A stretch of DNA of 64,000 nucleotides from an uncultured virus (IMG/VR IMGVR_UViG_3300037993_000804) (Duplodnaviria; Heunggongvirae; Uroviricota; Caudoviricetes). The notes beneath the pieces are model-generated. The model saw nothing but the letters and a program-made list of their open reading frames with translations, was not told the DNA's origin and did not search any database. Shown here one piece after another: positions 30,744 to 41,278 of the stretch; the stretch's first letter is position 1, and every line of letters begins with the position of its first letter. A program made the translations under genes and the position numbers. The stretch lies in IMG/VR virus record IMGVR_UViG_3300037993_000804; one strand, given 5' to 3'.

Positions 30744-31337
30744 ATGGCCACAGCGCAGACAAATCTGGTGTCAGCCCTCACCGGACCGAATCAGCAGTTT
30801 GGACCTGGACAAGAACAAGCAGGCCCCGGTCAACTGCAAACTGTAACATCGGCTCCGATGCCGCTGATACCTGTCGGTTTACCCGAAACCCGGTCGCCAT
30901 ACCTGGACCTGGGATCACTGCCGGTTGCCAACTTGCCGTCGGTCGCCGTTCCGGCTGTCGTCTTGAACCAATACAGCGGAAATGACCAGACCTGGCAGGT
31001 GCTGATCGAGTGGGATATTCCCGAGACCGTGTACGGCAACCTCAAAGAAATTTCCCTGCTCTCCAACAATGACGCGAAAACCCGATATCGCATGTTCCTG
31101 GCCAACATCAACCAGAACCTGCCGACCGACAGGCCGACATCAACGCCGGTGAGCTGGCCGTTCCCGGATAACCAAATCCCCGGCGGCACCTCGGTCCGGA
31201 TCGATTGCCTGTCCGTCGATGGCACCGCCATCGTCGTCAACGGCACACTTTCCGGCATACTGGGCGTCCTGCCGAACAGTCCCTCGGCCACACTGGTCGG
31301 ATCGCAACCGCCGCCGCTGATACCGGCCGCGAGTTAG
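30744..31337 (+). CDS. Putative structural protein with beta-sandwich C-terminus
   Basis: RBS; IPGGTSVRIDC..DG..IVVNGTLSG. Confidence 0.6.
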   Translation: MATAQTNLVSALTGPNQQFGPGQEQAGPGQLQTVTSAPMPLIPVGLPETRSPYLDLGSLPVANLPSVAVPAVVLNQYSGNDQTWQVLIEWDIPETVYGNLKEISLLSNNDAKTRYRMFLANINQNLPTDRPTSTPVSWPFPDNQIPGGTSVRIDCLSVDGTAIVVNGTLSGILGVLPNSPSATLVGSQPPPLIPAAS

Positions 31338-31348
31338 GAGCTACTAAA

Positions 31349-32833
31349 ATGGCAAATATACCCGGCATTACGATTTCAATACTCAGGTCGCAGACCTTCG
31401 GACAAACCGGCCAGCCCCTGCAAATCAGCGGCCGGGTTACTGCCTTTAGCGTTCCGTTGCCCTTGTCTTTTGTGCGCGTTTCTCTGACCGGGCCGGATTA
31501 CGACCCGCAAACAACAGCCTTCGACACGCTCGCCGACCCTGAAGGCAACTATGCCGTGGGAGTCGTGGCGCCGGCCGACGGGAACTATACCGTCAAGGCC
31601 GATGCTTATCCCTTCCCGCTGTTGCCCCAGGGTCCGCTCATCGCGCAACCCATACTGCTGCCCTCGATCGGCGAATCCGATTCGCCGCCCCTGGTCTTCG
31701 GCGCACCCGGGCCGGGAGGCGTAATTGCCAGCGGGCCCAATGGCGCCGCCAACCTCGGCGCCCCGGCGCTCACCCAACCGGAGCTCAACCTGAATCTTGC
31801 GATCGGCAATCAGGGAGGAGGAAGCGGCGGCACGGTTGTCTTCCCGGGTTACCCCGCCCAGGGCGGTGGTCTCGGAGGCGGAGGCGCAACACCCCCCAGT
31901 TTACCGAATCCCGGTAGTCCCATCGGAACAACACCCGTGAGTACACCGACGACGATTGCACCCCCGGTAACTGTATCTGTACCGACGAGTCCTACCATCC
32001 CCACACCGCCAACGCAGGTATCGAAACCCACGGTGACTCCCGCGATACCCCTGGCGACCCCCGGGTCGGCAACGCCGGCACCCGTACAAGTGGGCGCAGC
32101 GGTTATCCCGATAGGAACCGCCGTGATCACCCCGCAAGGTACCCTGGGCGTTGTCAGCGCCGCCCCGAATAATCCAACGGGCAGCATCTATAACTTTGTG
32201 GAAGGTCCCGGTTACGGGATTAAATTAAACGGACCACCGACTACCACCACTGTCCCAACGTCGCCCGCCGGTGCGTCCAATGTCATTACGTCCCAGGCCG
32301 CGTCAAATGCGGCAGCGACCGCAACGCAACAGGCGGCCGAAGCGGCAGCCGCGCTTTCATTACAGCAATCCGAGGCGGCCCTGCAGCAATCCATCGCCGC
32401 GACCAGTTCACCAGTAGTGGTCCCGACTTCGCCGACCGCGCCGACTTCGCCGTCCTCCATCACCAGCGCGCTTTCTTCCCAGTTCGGCAGCGCCCCGGCC
32501 GTGCCGGCTGCGCCAACCTCACCGATCCCCGCCCCGCCGCGGCCATCTTCTCCCGCATCGACCAGTCCCGTGGCCCCGAAATTACCGGCGGCCCCGACTG
32601 TAACTAAGCCTGGCGTCAATACCAAGTCCATACTCAGCGATGTTGTCACCGCCATTTCCCCGGCCATCGGCGCCACCCTGACCGCGACGGGTGTATTGCC
32701 GAAAGCCGGTTCATCCGTCATCACCAAGCCGTCAGTGACCCCGGCCCAAACCCCGGTCCTGCCGAAAGTTACCGTACCAACCCCAGGAACCATCAGTACC
32801 CCGGCATCCGGCATTGTCATGTATAATGTTTAG
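31349..32833 (+). CDS. Ig-like N-domain plus long Pro/Thr/Ser/Ala low-complexity protein
   Basis: ATG 31349 after AGGAG; ISGRV...DPEGNY...GNYTVKA. Confidence 0.7.
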   Translation: MANIPGITISILRSQTFGQTGQPLQISGRVTAFSVPLPLSFVRVSLTGPDYDPQTTAFDTLADPEGNYAVGVVAPADGNYTVKADAYPFPLLPQGPLIAQPILLPSIGESDSPPLVFGAPGPGGVIASGPNGAANLGAPALTQPELNLNLAIGNQGGGSGGTVVFPGYPAQGGGLGGGGATPPSLPNPGSPIGTTPVSTPTTIAPPVTVSVPTSPTIPTPPTQVSKPTVTPAIPLATPGSATPAPVQVGAAVIPIGTAVITPQGTLGVVSAAPNNPTGSIYNFVEGPGYGIKLNGPPTTTTVPTSPAGASNVITSQAASNAAATATQQAAEAAAALSLQQSEAALQQSIAATSSPVVVPTSPTAPTSPSSITSALSSQFGSAPAVPAAPTSPIPAPPRPSSPASTSPVAPKLPAAPTVTKPGVNTKSILSDVVTAISPAIGATLTATGVLPKAGSSVITKPSVTPAQTPVLPKVTVPTPGTISTPASGIVMYNV

Positions 32834-32890
32834 TAAGAGGCTCAGAAGAGCAGGACGCTCACCCGGCGCCCACCTGTCAGGAGTTTAATT

Positions 32891-33313
32891 ATGGATTGGA
32901 ACGGCATCTTTCAAGGCATCGAGGCGGTGGGGGTTGTCGGGGGCGCAATAACGGTCTGGCTGGCACTGAAGAAACAGGGCGACGATTCGCGGGAGTCGCG
33001 GGAGAAAGAGCGCAAAGCCCGTGAAGCCGAGATCGCGCAGCACGTCGAGACCTGGACCAACCTGACCCGCGACATGAAAGACATTAACATCCGTATTGAC
33101 GGAGTCAACACCCGTTTCGACGCCACCAACAAAGAGATCGAGGAAATTAAGCGTATCCTGGGCAACGGCTATTTTGGCGGGCTCAAAGAAGAGATCGCCA
33201 ACATGGAGAAACAATGCGCCCGGGAAATGGGCGAGCTCGCCAAGCAGGTGGAGATGGACACGCCCCGCATCAAAGACCTGGAAGAATGGCGCCACGGCTT
33301 CGACAAGAAATAA
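32891..33313 (+). CDS. N-terminally anchored coiled-coil membrane protein
   Basis: One TM segment followed by heptads. Confidence 0.6.
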   Translation: MDWNGIFQGIEAVGVVGGAITVWLALKKQGDDSRESREKERKAREAEIAQHVETWTNLTRDMKDINIRIDGVNTRFDATNKEIEEIKRILGNGYFGGLKEEIANMEKQCAREMGELAKQVEMDTPRIKDLEEWRHGFDKK

Positions 33314-33374
33314 TCCCGGCCACCCGCCTGCCAAACAGGCGGTAAAATTCCCCAAAATATTTGCGTAAAACCAC

Positions 33375-33404
33375 TTGACAACCCCCAATGGGAAAGCTTA
33401 TAGT
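33375..33404 (+). promoter_or_regulatory. Sigma70 promoter of the replication block
   Basis: TTGACA-N18-TATAGT. Confidence 0.65.
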
Positions 33405-33448
33405 TTATTTTGCCGTTAAATTTTTATTTATTCGAAGGAGTGTAGTGC

Positions 33449-33868
33449 ATGCGTAATTTAATCACCCTCTCAGACATCCCTACCGAACTGCACCAATGGT
33501 ACAAAGACGAAGCCCACCGGCGCACACTAGCAAAGAAAACCCATGTTCCACTCTATACCGTCATCAACGAGGCCCTGAACCGGTACATGGCCGAAGTTGA
33601 ACAGGCCCGGCAGTTGCAACCCCCGCCGCAAATGCCAAATGGCAGTACAGACGGCAGCCCGCCCGCCCGAAAGACCCGGAACCACGATTTTGACTACTTC
33701 ATCAACACCGGCGGCGGCCCGTACCCCGATGTCAGGACCGCCCTGCAAAATCTCGACATTCCCGAAGTAGAAAAGCCCAAGCATAACCGTTACGAACGGC
33801 TGTCCGCAATACTCAAGGTCCGGATTCAGCGGCGTCCGAAGACCGAGGCGGTGACCGATGGCGGATAG
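33449..33868 (+). CDS. RHH-like regulator with C-terminal HNRYERLS domain
   Basis: ITLSDIPTELHQWYKDEA...LYTVINEALNRY. Confidence 0.65.
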   Translation: MRNLITLSDIPTELHQWYKDEAHRRTLAKKTHVPLYTVINEALNRYMAEVEQARQLQPPPQMPNGSTDGSPPARKTRNHDFDYFINTGGGPYPDVRTALQNLDIPEVEKPKHNRYERLSAILKVRIQRRPKTEAVTDGG

Positions 33869-34718
33869 AATGGGATCGATGGATGAGATCAGCTCGCTAC
33901 TACTGCAAAACATCAAAGAGGTCGAGCAGAAAGACGAGAAACAGGTCCTGGCCGAACTGGCCGGCGAAAGTCTGACGGAATACATTTACGAAACCACCGT
34001 GGATGAGTGGGTTACCGACGAGAAAGGCCATCGTCACAAGGAAAAAAGACGCAAGGTCAAACTGTCATGGGTCGGGACCCGCGAGGTCGCCCGCAGCCAC
34101 GGCAAAATCATGTTATCGGAACCCGTGATTACCGATGTCGGGGATAATATCCGCTTTGTCGTCAAGGCCACGGATGTAGACCGTGCCTTCACGGTCTTCG
34201 GTGGGACCCAGCAGCCCAAGCAGATCAAGGTCATAGATTGGGACAAAGAGACCAACAAGCCTACCGGAGAATTCCATTATGAAGAAGACCCCTATGTTTT
34301 CTCAAAGGGTTTATCGAAGGCCCAGCGTAACGCCCTGTCGGCCTGCATCCCCACGGCCTTCGCCGCCCGGATGATTGATCTCTTCTTGAAGCAATCCGGC
34401 AAGCAACCGATGCTGAATCCTGCCGCCAGCAAGGCCCTGGTACCCGGCGAAAAACCTAACGCCGCCGGTCAGAAAAGAGAGGGCGAGAAGAAACCTGTAA
34501 TCAAGGCCCGTGCCGAATGGGACAAAATTACCGAAGCTGACATCAAAGATACCCCGGCGTTATACAAAATCGTCTGGGATCTGGCCAAACTGCAACCGGA
34601 CCAAATTTCGAGAGCACTGGGAGGACTTTCGACCCAAGACCTTGCCACCCCTGAAAAGTGCTGGACAGCTTTCATCACGGTGAAAGAACTGTACGCGCCT
34701 GTCGAAATCTCAAAATAA
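33858..34718 (+). CDS. Putative ssDNA-annealing/recombination protein
   Basis: LSWVGTREVAR...VKATD...KGLSKAQRNAL; replication context. Confidence 0.45.
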   Translation: MADRMGSMDEISSLLLQNIKEVEQKDEKQVLAELAGESLTEYIYETTVDEWVTDEKGHRHKEKRRKVKLSWVGTREVARSHGKIMLSEPVITDVGDNIRFVVKATDVDRAFTVFGGTQQPKQIKVIDWDKETNKPTGEFHYEEDPYVFSKGLSKAQRNALSACIPTAFAARMIDLFLKQSGKQPMLNPAASKALVPGEKPNAAGQKREGEKKPVIKARAEWDKITEADIKDTPALYKIVWDLAKLQPDQISRALGGLSTQDLATPEKCWTAFITVKELYAPVEISK

Positions 34719-34733
34719 CTTTTAAGGGGTGTT

Positions 34734-35225
34734 ATGATGGAACTCAAACGAGGCCAAGAACTGGCCTTGGAAATAGTGCATTCACTCGAACCGTTCTGCC
34801 ACCAGATCGAGGTCGTCGGAAGCATTCGCCGTTGCAAGCCGCAAGTCGGCGATATCGACATCATCCTGATTCGCCGGGACCCATGGGCCGTTTCGACCAT
34901 GATCCAGGAATGGGGCGCGCCTATTGTCCACGGTACCAAAATCGAACGTGTCAAGTATAAGGGCGTCAACGTCGACTTTTATTTTGCCAGCCGGGAGACG
35001 TGGGCGACCCTGCTCTTAATCCGTACCGGCAGCAAAGAAAACAATATCCGTCTCTGCTCGTATGCCAAAGAGCATTACATGAAACTCCGGGCTGACGGCT
35101 CCGGCCTGTTCAAAATCAATCCCGACTGTGAGGCCGATTTCGAACGGCCCATTGTCTGCAATTCCGAACTGCAAATCTACCAGGCCCTAGGACTGCCCTA
35201 TCAGCGGCCCGAAGAAAGGGGTTAA
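34734..35225 (+). CDS. Minimal DNA polymerase X/beta-like protein
   Basis: VGSIRRCKPQVGDIDI, VDFY, LLIRTGSKENN, EL.IYQALGLPY..PEER. Confidence 0.88.
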   Translation: MMELKRGQELALEIVHSLEPFCHQIEVVGSIRRCKPQVGDIDIILIRRDPWAVSTMIQEWGAPIVHGTKIERVKYKGVNVDFYFASRETWATLLLIRTGSKENNIRLCSYAKEHYMKLRADGSGLFKINPDCEADFERPIVCNSELQIYQALGLPYQRPEERG

Positions 35226-35250
35226 GCCTAGTTAATGTCATAAAAGGAAC

Positions 35251-35935
35251 GTAACGGAATATCCGTTACAGATTAATACATGCCCAAATCGAAACCTTGG
35301 CTCAAGATGTGGGTCGAATCACTGGATGATCCGAAGATGCGCCGGCTTACCCTGGCTGAAGAGGCTGTTTGGTGGCGCCTGCTGCGGTTAGCCCAGAGAT
35401 GCAACTGCGATGGGAGTCTTATCACCAGCAGCGGCTCACCACTTGCCCTGCATGAGATGATGGATTGTCTGCATTTGGTAGAGCCCGACGATAAAGCAGC
35501 TTTCTACTCTATGCTCAAGAAGATGGAGACTGAAGGTAGTCTTTGCTGGAACAAAGAGACCCTGCACATCATCCACTTCGTAGAACGGCAAGAATTAATC
35601 CCCTCCGAAACCCCGGAGGCCGTCAGAGAACGGGTCAGACTTTTCAGAGAACGGCACCGGCATCAACCCGAAAGTAACGAAAAATCCGTTACATCAAATG
35701 GTCTTTCCCCCTTACAACCCTCTATTCCTTCTTTATTAGAAGAAGATACTAGATATAGAGAAACGCCGTTACGTAACGGCGTTACATCCGTTACATCAGA
35801 CGTGAGCGTAACGGAAATTTCGTTACAAAGTGCCGATTTAGCTTCAAAACCTCAAAATGGGGATAAGGTCAATTTAGAGGGAAAAGTCGAGGCTAAAATG
35901 GAACAAGTTGAGAATGTAACAGGTAAACCGTTACA
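35251..35935. repeat. Iteron-like palindromes GTAAC-N9-GTTACA (probable origin)
   Basis: Copies at 35251, 35674, 35808 and 35916; palindrome 35765-35780; tandem CGTTACATC at 35780-35797. Confidence 0.8.
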
Positions 35936-36269
35936 GCCTCAAACTCCCGGCACGAAATATTTATTTGAGAAAACTAATCGTAAACGGTGGCAGAATCTTG
36001 TCCAGAAGGAAATGTTCGAGGCCACGGAGGCAGAAGTCGGCGAATCCCGCATGATCGAAGCCATAAACTGGGCATTGGGCTCGGGCATAAATAACGTCAA
36101 GAGTATCTGCACGGCAGCGAAAAAAGGAAGTAACCATGGCACAAAACCATCAGCCAATAACCCCGGGCAATCCAATACGACCAATCGGCGAGGTACTTTC
36201 AAAGGTCATACCGACGCAGAGTATGAAGAAGCCCGGCGTAAACTTAACGGAGAATCAAGTGATTCCTGA
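35280..36269 (+). CDS. Phage-type replication initiator
   Basis: PWLKMW...DDPKMRRL; ERVRLFRER; upstream of a DnaC-like gene; internal iterons. Confidence 0.8.
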   Translation: MPKSKPWLKMWVESLDDPKMRRLTLAEEAVWWRLLRLAQRCNCDGSLITSSGSPLALHEMMDCLHLVEPDDKAAFYSMLKKMETEGSLCWNKETLHIIHFVERQELIPSETPEAVRERVRLFRERHRHQPESNEKSVTSNGLSPLQPSIPSLLEEDTRYRETPLRNGVTSVTSDVSVTEISLQSADLASKPQNGDKVNLEGKVEAKMEQVENVTGKPLQPQTPGTKYLFEKTNRKRWQNLVQKEMFEATEAEVGESRMIEAINWALGSGINNVKSICTAAKKGSNHGTKPSANNPGQSNTTNRRGTFKGHTDAEYEEARRKLNGESSDS

Positions 36270-36963
36270 CCGGCCCCAGTACAAGTGTTCTATCTGCCGC
36301 GATTTCGGGTTCGTCCATCCGTTAAAAGAAGACGGCCAGCCGGATTATACGCAGATTGTCGATTGCGATTGCGTCAAGGCGGTGAGGGCCAAGATGCGTC
36401 TGGACTCAATGGTCCGCTGGTGTGAACTTCCCGAAGCCACGGTGCATATGACCTTTGAAAATTATAAAGTATCTCCCAAGGTGAAAGAGGTTTATACGGC
36501 CGCGCTGGAAATGGCCGAAGGCAAACCGGAAAAACCGTTCCTGACAATGATGGGTAAATCGGATTTAGGCAAGACCCACCTTTTGGTGGCTATCTGCCGG
36601 CGCCGGCTCGCCCAGGGTAAACCGGCCCGTTACGTTTATGTCCCGATCCTGCTTGAAGAGCTGCGCTCCGGGTTTCGCGGTGGCGGCGACGGGACTTATG
36701 AAGAACGGTGGTTGATGTTTAAAACGGTCGAGTTACTGGCGCTTGACGACCTCGGTACGGAAAATCCCACGCCGTGGGTGCAGGAGCATCTTGACACGCT
36801 GATTGATTACCGGGTGATGCATGCCCTCCCGACAGTGATCACGACTAACCTCTTGCCGGATGAACTGACTCCCCGGATCGCCAACCGGCTGCAACGAGCC
36901 GGGCAGGTTGTCATTGTCAGCGCCCCGCCCTATAGCGCGGTGAAGGGAAAAGCTGTAAAATAA
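36136..36963 (+). CDS. DnaC/IstB-like helicase loader ATPase
   Basis: CxxC..CxC Zn site, TFENY, GKSDLGKTHL, LALDDLGTE, ITTNL. Confidence 0.92.
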   Translation: MAQNHQPITPGNPIRPIGEVLSKVIPTQSMKKPGVNLTENQVIPDRPQYKCSICRDFGFVHPLKEDGQPDYTQIVDCDCVKAVRAKMRLDSMVRWCELPEATVHMTFENYKVSPKVKEVYTAALEMAEGKPEKPFLTMMGKSDLGKTHLLVAICRRRLAQGKPARYVYVPILLEELRSGFRGGGDGTYEERWLMFKTVELLALDDLGTENPTPWVQEHLDTLIDYRVMHALPTVITTNLLPDELTPRIANRLQRAGQVVIVSAPPYSAVKGKAVK

Positions 36964-37149
36964 TACAAATGAAAGAAGGCGACCGATTATGGATTACGAA
37001 CGGCGAAGTTGCCTGGGAAATACCCCCGGGACCAATCGCCCACCGTTATGCTTCCCAGCTCTACCAGCCGGTAGAACCCTGGGTAATCATCTATGCCGAA
37101 AAATTGCCCGGGTGGAAAGAGGGCCGATGCGGCGAACTGAGGAGGCATT

Positions 37150-39603
37150 ATGACGATCTCCCTGCAACTAAAGCCGGCAGACCTTAAACTGCCGGAAAAG
37201 TTCACCGAATTCCGCGAACACCAGCTCATCGCGCTCGACAAGATTCTCCAGACGCGCAAGAAAGTCATCATGTGCCAGGCGCCGCCCGGCAGCGGAAAAA
37301 CTTTGCTGATGGCGGCCATGGGCCGGCTTCTCAACACGCGGATGGTTTATACTTGTCACAATAAGCAGCTGCAGGGCCAGGTGATCCACGAATTCCCCTA
37401 TGCCGTCGAGCTCAAGGGCCGGTCGAACTATACCTGCCTGAAGCACTCGGACCTGACCTGCAACGAGTGTACCAAAGAACGGAATAATCACCGGCCGTCC
37501 AACTGCGCCAAGTGCGAGTTTACGGCGTGCGACTCCCGCAATCCCGGCAATCTGGCCGACACTTTCTTCGTCGACGAGTGCCCCTGCAAAACGTATTGTC
37601 CGTATGAGATTCAGAAGAACCATGCCAAGCTGTCGGAGATGGCCGTGCTCAACATGGCCTATTTTCTCAACGAGGCCAACGGCGTTTACGACCCCGGGGC
37701 TTTCTCCGGCTGGCCGATGGTGATTCTGGACGAAGGCGACCTGACCGAGAACGCTCTCAAGTCTTACATCGAAGTGGCCATCCCGAAGGCCACCCTGAAG
37801 AAATTGCAGCTGGAGCCGCCGAAGTACGCGGTCGAAGACGAATGGAAGAAATGGATCGAGGAATTGGCCATCCCGGTGCTGCAGAAGACCATCGACAAGA
37901 TCGCGGCCGCGGATGAAATCGTCCCGTTCGACATTAAAGAGCAGAAAAACCTCGAGCGTTTAGCCGGCAAAATGAATGACCTCTGCTATCAGAATCTCCA
38001 TAACTGGGTATTTCTCCCGGATGAAGAAAACCTGACGTGGAAACCGGTGTTTGTCGACCATTATGCGCTCGAAAACCTGTGGAGTCACGCCGACCGGTTC
38101 CTGTTGATGAGCGGCACGATAATTTCTCCCAAGCAGACCGCCCGCGACATCGGCCTGGACATGAACGATGTGGATTACATCGAGGTGCCGAGCACTTTCC
38201 CGCCCGAACGCCGGCCGATCCACTTTATCCGGGCGGCCGATATGACCCATGCGAACAAAGCCAAAGCGTGGCCGGACGCCGTTTCGATGATGGATTTCAT
38301 CATCAAAGAACACCCGACCGACAAGGGCCTGGTGCATACCGTGTCTTATCCGCTGGCCAGGTATGTGGCCGAGAATTCTACCAATAAAGTCCGGCTGGTG
38401 CAGCATGACCCCCGGCACCGGGTTACAGAGCTCGAGCGTTTCAAGGCCAGCGACCAGCCGCTGGTGATGGTGTCGCCGTCCATGGACCGGGGTGTGGACC
38501 TGCCCGGCGATTTATGCCGGTTCATTATCGTGCTGAAGATACCCTATCCCAACCTGGGAGACCCGCAAGTGAAGCGCCGGACCGAATTCGGCGACGGCTG
38601 GCTGTGGTATTCCGTGCAGACGATCCGCAGTCTGATTCAAGCTACTGGCCGCGGCAACCGGTCGGCGGAAGACTACTGTGAATGTGTCCCTCCCGAAATG
38701 AGGGTATTGACGGCTGACCTGCGCTGGGAACCTATAGGTAACCTTAAACTGGGAGATCGTTTACTCGCCTTTGATGATAAACGTCCCTTGACAGCCGGTT
38801 CTTCAAGATTAGGGTGGCACAAACCAGCGTGGCGAAGGTGGCAGTGGTCGGATGTTCTAGCAATACGCAAGGAGAAAAGACCCTGTCTGAGGTTAATTCT
38901 TGAAGATGGTACGGAGTTGCTTTGTACCTATGATCATCGTTGGCTTGTAAGGCTAGGTAACAGAAGTACCGAATGGCGAAGATCAGACACCCTGCGACGT
39001 TTCCATGGAGAATTAGCATATCATCCCCTGATTCGGTTATTGGACCCTTGGGAATCAACGCAAGACTATGCTACTGGTTGGTTGGCTGGATTAACTGATG
39101 GGGAAGGGTCATTAAGTTTGAGTAGTGGGAAGAGAAACCGTTGGGTTCCCAAATTAAATATCGCGCAGAATGAGGGGCCCGTTACGGTTCAACTCGGTGA
39201 ATTCGCAACACACTTGAGATTTACTCTTTATCAGCACAAGGGTAATCGGAAGACGAAGGTTTATGACGTTAGGGGTGGATTCACAGAAGTATTAAGGTTC
39301 TTGGGTCAAGTTAGACCCGTCCGCTTATTAAATAAATTTTGTGACTCTAATGCAGGGCAAGTACTCCAAACGTATCAGGATGTATCAATTAGGGCTATTG
39401 AAGACGCTGGAACCAAAGAGGTTGTGATGATGGAAACGAGTACGGGAACTTATGTCTGTGAGGGATTTGGAGCCCATAACTGTTATATTCTCGATGAGCA
39501 ATTTGGCCGGCTCTTTCGTGACTACAACGCTTACTTTCCCCAATACTGGAAAGACGCAATAAAACCGTACAAGAGGAAAGGACAAGGAGAAATGAAGCTG
39601 TGA
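37150..39603 (+). CDS. DinG/XPD-family SF2 helicase containing an intein
   Basis: Q motif, APPGSGKT, KGRSNY.C, LDEG, MSGT, RGVDLP, QATGRGNRS. Confidence 0.92.
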   Translation: MTISLQLKPADLKLPEKFTEFREHQLIALDKILQTRKKVIMCQAPPGSGKTLLMAAMGRLLNTRMVYTCHNKQLQGQVIHEFPYAVELKGRSNYTCLKHSDLTCNECTKERNNHRPSNCAKCEFTACDSRNPGNLADTFFVDECPCKTYCPYEIQKNHAKLSEMAVLNMAYFLNEANGVYDPGAFSGWPMVILDEGDLTENALKSYIEVAIPKATLKKLQLEPPKYAVEDEWKKWIEELAIPVLQKTIDKIAAADEIVPFDIKEQKNLERLAGKMNDLCYQNLHNWVFLPDEENLTWKPVFVDHYALENLWSHADRFLLMSGTIISPKQTARDIGLDMNDVDYIEVPSTFPPERRPIHFIRAADMTHANKAKAWPDAVSMMDFIIKEHPTDKGLVHTVSYPLARYVAENSTNKVRLVQHDPRHRVTELERFKASDQPLVMVSPSMDRGVDLPGDLCRFIIVLKIPYPNLGDPQVKRRTEFGDGWLWYSVQTIRSLIQATGRGNRSAEDYCECVPPEMRVLTADLRWEPIGNLKLGDRLLAFDDKRPLTAGSSRLGWHKPAWRRWQWSDVLAIRKEKRPCLRLILEDGTELLCTYDHRWLVRLGNRSTEWRRSDTLRRFHGELAYHPLIRLLDPWESTQDYATGWLAGLTDGEGSLSLSSGKRNRWVPKLNIAQNEGPVTVQLGEFATHLRFTLYQHKGNRKTKVYDVRGGFTEVLRFLGQVRPVRLLNKFCDSNAGQVLQTYQDVSIRAIEDAGTKEVVMMETSTGTYVCEGFGAHNCYILDEQFGRLFRDYNAYFPQYWKDAIKPYKRKGQGEMKL
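38683..39480 (+). mobile_element. Intein (266 aa) with LAGLIDADG endonuclease
   Basis: Starts CVPPEMRVLTAD, contains WLAGLTDGEG, ends GAHN followed by Cys; AT-richer than host gene. Confidence 0.93.
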
Positions 39604-40610
39604 AGATCGCCGTCGTCAATTCCAGTTTCCGGGGTATGAAGCCTGCCGACCGGATCTACAACCTGGCGTGCGACCGCATTGCGACCCTGCACCGGGCGAT
39701 GGGCGATGAGGTCATCGAGGGCGAATGGCAGCCGGCTTTCATGCAGGAGTGCGTCAAGTTCTATTTCAGCGTGATTTTCACCTGGGATATCCCCGCGATG
39801 ATTCAGGCGGTGCAACAAGTTCAAAGCTGGGGAGGCCGGAAAATCGAAATCGGCGGCCCGGCAGCCACTTTCATGCACCGGTACATCGAAGAGAAGACCG
39901 GGGTTAAGCCGCATATTGGCCTCGACAACCGGTTTGAACGTGTCCGGGGCAATTTCAAGATGACCTTCACCTCGCGGGGATGCGTTCACGACTGCGCCTT
40001 CTGCGGCGTGAAAAAGGTCGAGCCCAAAGCCATCGAGTATGAAGACTACGGGCTCAGTCCGATGATTTCCGATAACAACATTCTTTCGACTTCGCCCCTG
40101 CACCAGCTGAGGTTCATCAACAAGTACGCGGCCTGGGGGAAAAAGGTTGACATCAATTCCGGGTTCGATGTGAGATTCTTCCAGGAGCGCGATTACGACA
40201 TGTACTCCCAGCTCAACATTTTTTGCTGGCGGTTTGCCTTTGACAGCATGGACGTGTGGCAAGATGTCTGGCGGGTGGGAACGCTGATGCGGAGCAAGGG
40301 CCTCGACCGGCATCATTGTCAATTCTACTGTTTGATCGGATTTCCCGGTCAATCGCCCGAAGACGCCCGCTTCCGGCTGGACGCCATCCGTTTGCTTGGC
40401 CACCAGCCGTACCCGATGCGCTTTATCCCGATTAACAGCCTGACGCATAAGTATGTCGCCCCGGGTTGGACCGAAGAAGAGCTATTCAGATTTCAGACGT
40501 ATTACCAAACACCGAATCTGTGGATGGCCACCAAGTTTGAAGATTTCCGTCCGGGCAAGAATATCGTTAAAATACCGGACAATCAAATACCGCTGGAGGC
40601 GGGAGAATGA
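39600..40610 (+). CDS. Radical SAM protein
   Basis: SRGCVHDCAFC, IGGP, DNNIL, FAFD. Confidence 0.9.
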   Translation: MKIAVVNSSFRGMKPADRIYNLACDRIATLHRAMGDEVIEGEWQPAFMQECVKFYFSVIFTWDIPAMIQAVQQVQSWGGRKIEIGGPAATFMHRYIEEKTGVKPHIGLDNRFERVRGNFKMTFTSRGCVHDCAFCGVKKVEPKAIEYEDYGLSPMISDNNILSTSPLHQLRFINKYAAWGKKVDINSGFDVRFFQERDYDMYSQLNIFCWRFAFDSMDVWQDVWRVGTLMRSKGLDRHHCQFYCLIGFPGQSPEDARFRLDAIRLLGHQPYPMRFIPINSLTHKYVAPGWTEEELFRFQTYYQTPNLWMATKFEDFRPGKNIVKIPDNQIPLEAGE

Positions 40611-41278
40611 AGAGAAAAGCGACCCCTCGGCCCACTCAGGTTACCCGCAAATGCCGCTACTGTAAGGGCGAAGGCCGGATACTGCACCGGGCGCTTTCGG
40701 AGCCGGGCTACTATCAAGAGGGCTGGCGGGAAAATTGCCCGGACTGCCACGGTACCGGAATCGTTACGGTCTGGGGGATGGAGAGCCGATGACGCGCAAG
40801 CGAGCAAGGGAAGTCATGGGCATTACCGCCGTGGTCTTTCTGGGACTTATCGGTATCTGCGTGATGTTTGGAGAGTGGAATTGGGCTTTAGGGCTGCTCG
40901 GCCCGTTTCTGGCTGCGGCCGTGGGCGTATTCGCTTTTGGAAGGGTGAAATCCGAATGAAAAAACGAAAGTTAAAGTGCCCGGAATGTAAGGGTAAGGGT
41001 GTCATTGACCAGAGTGTAATGATTGGCCCCATGAATTACCAGCACGAATTAAAACGCTGTGAGCGATGCGATGGTAAAGGGAGGATCGTATGAGAAGTGA
41101 AGATGAAATCAAAACAGAACTGGACAGGTTAAAGAATATTCCTGCGCCATTGCCCCCAAGCGGGGGTTTGTATGGCGAATCATATTTAGAAGCTCTGCAT
41201 GCTATCACCCGGGTAGAACAGGGAGCCCGCATATCCATGTTGAAATGGATACTAGGCGAAACAAGGATGGCTTGTTGA

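Noticed and set aside
37150..39603. DinG as a type IV CRISPR component
   Set aside because: No csf/cas genes are seen, and it sits in the replication block.
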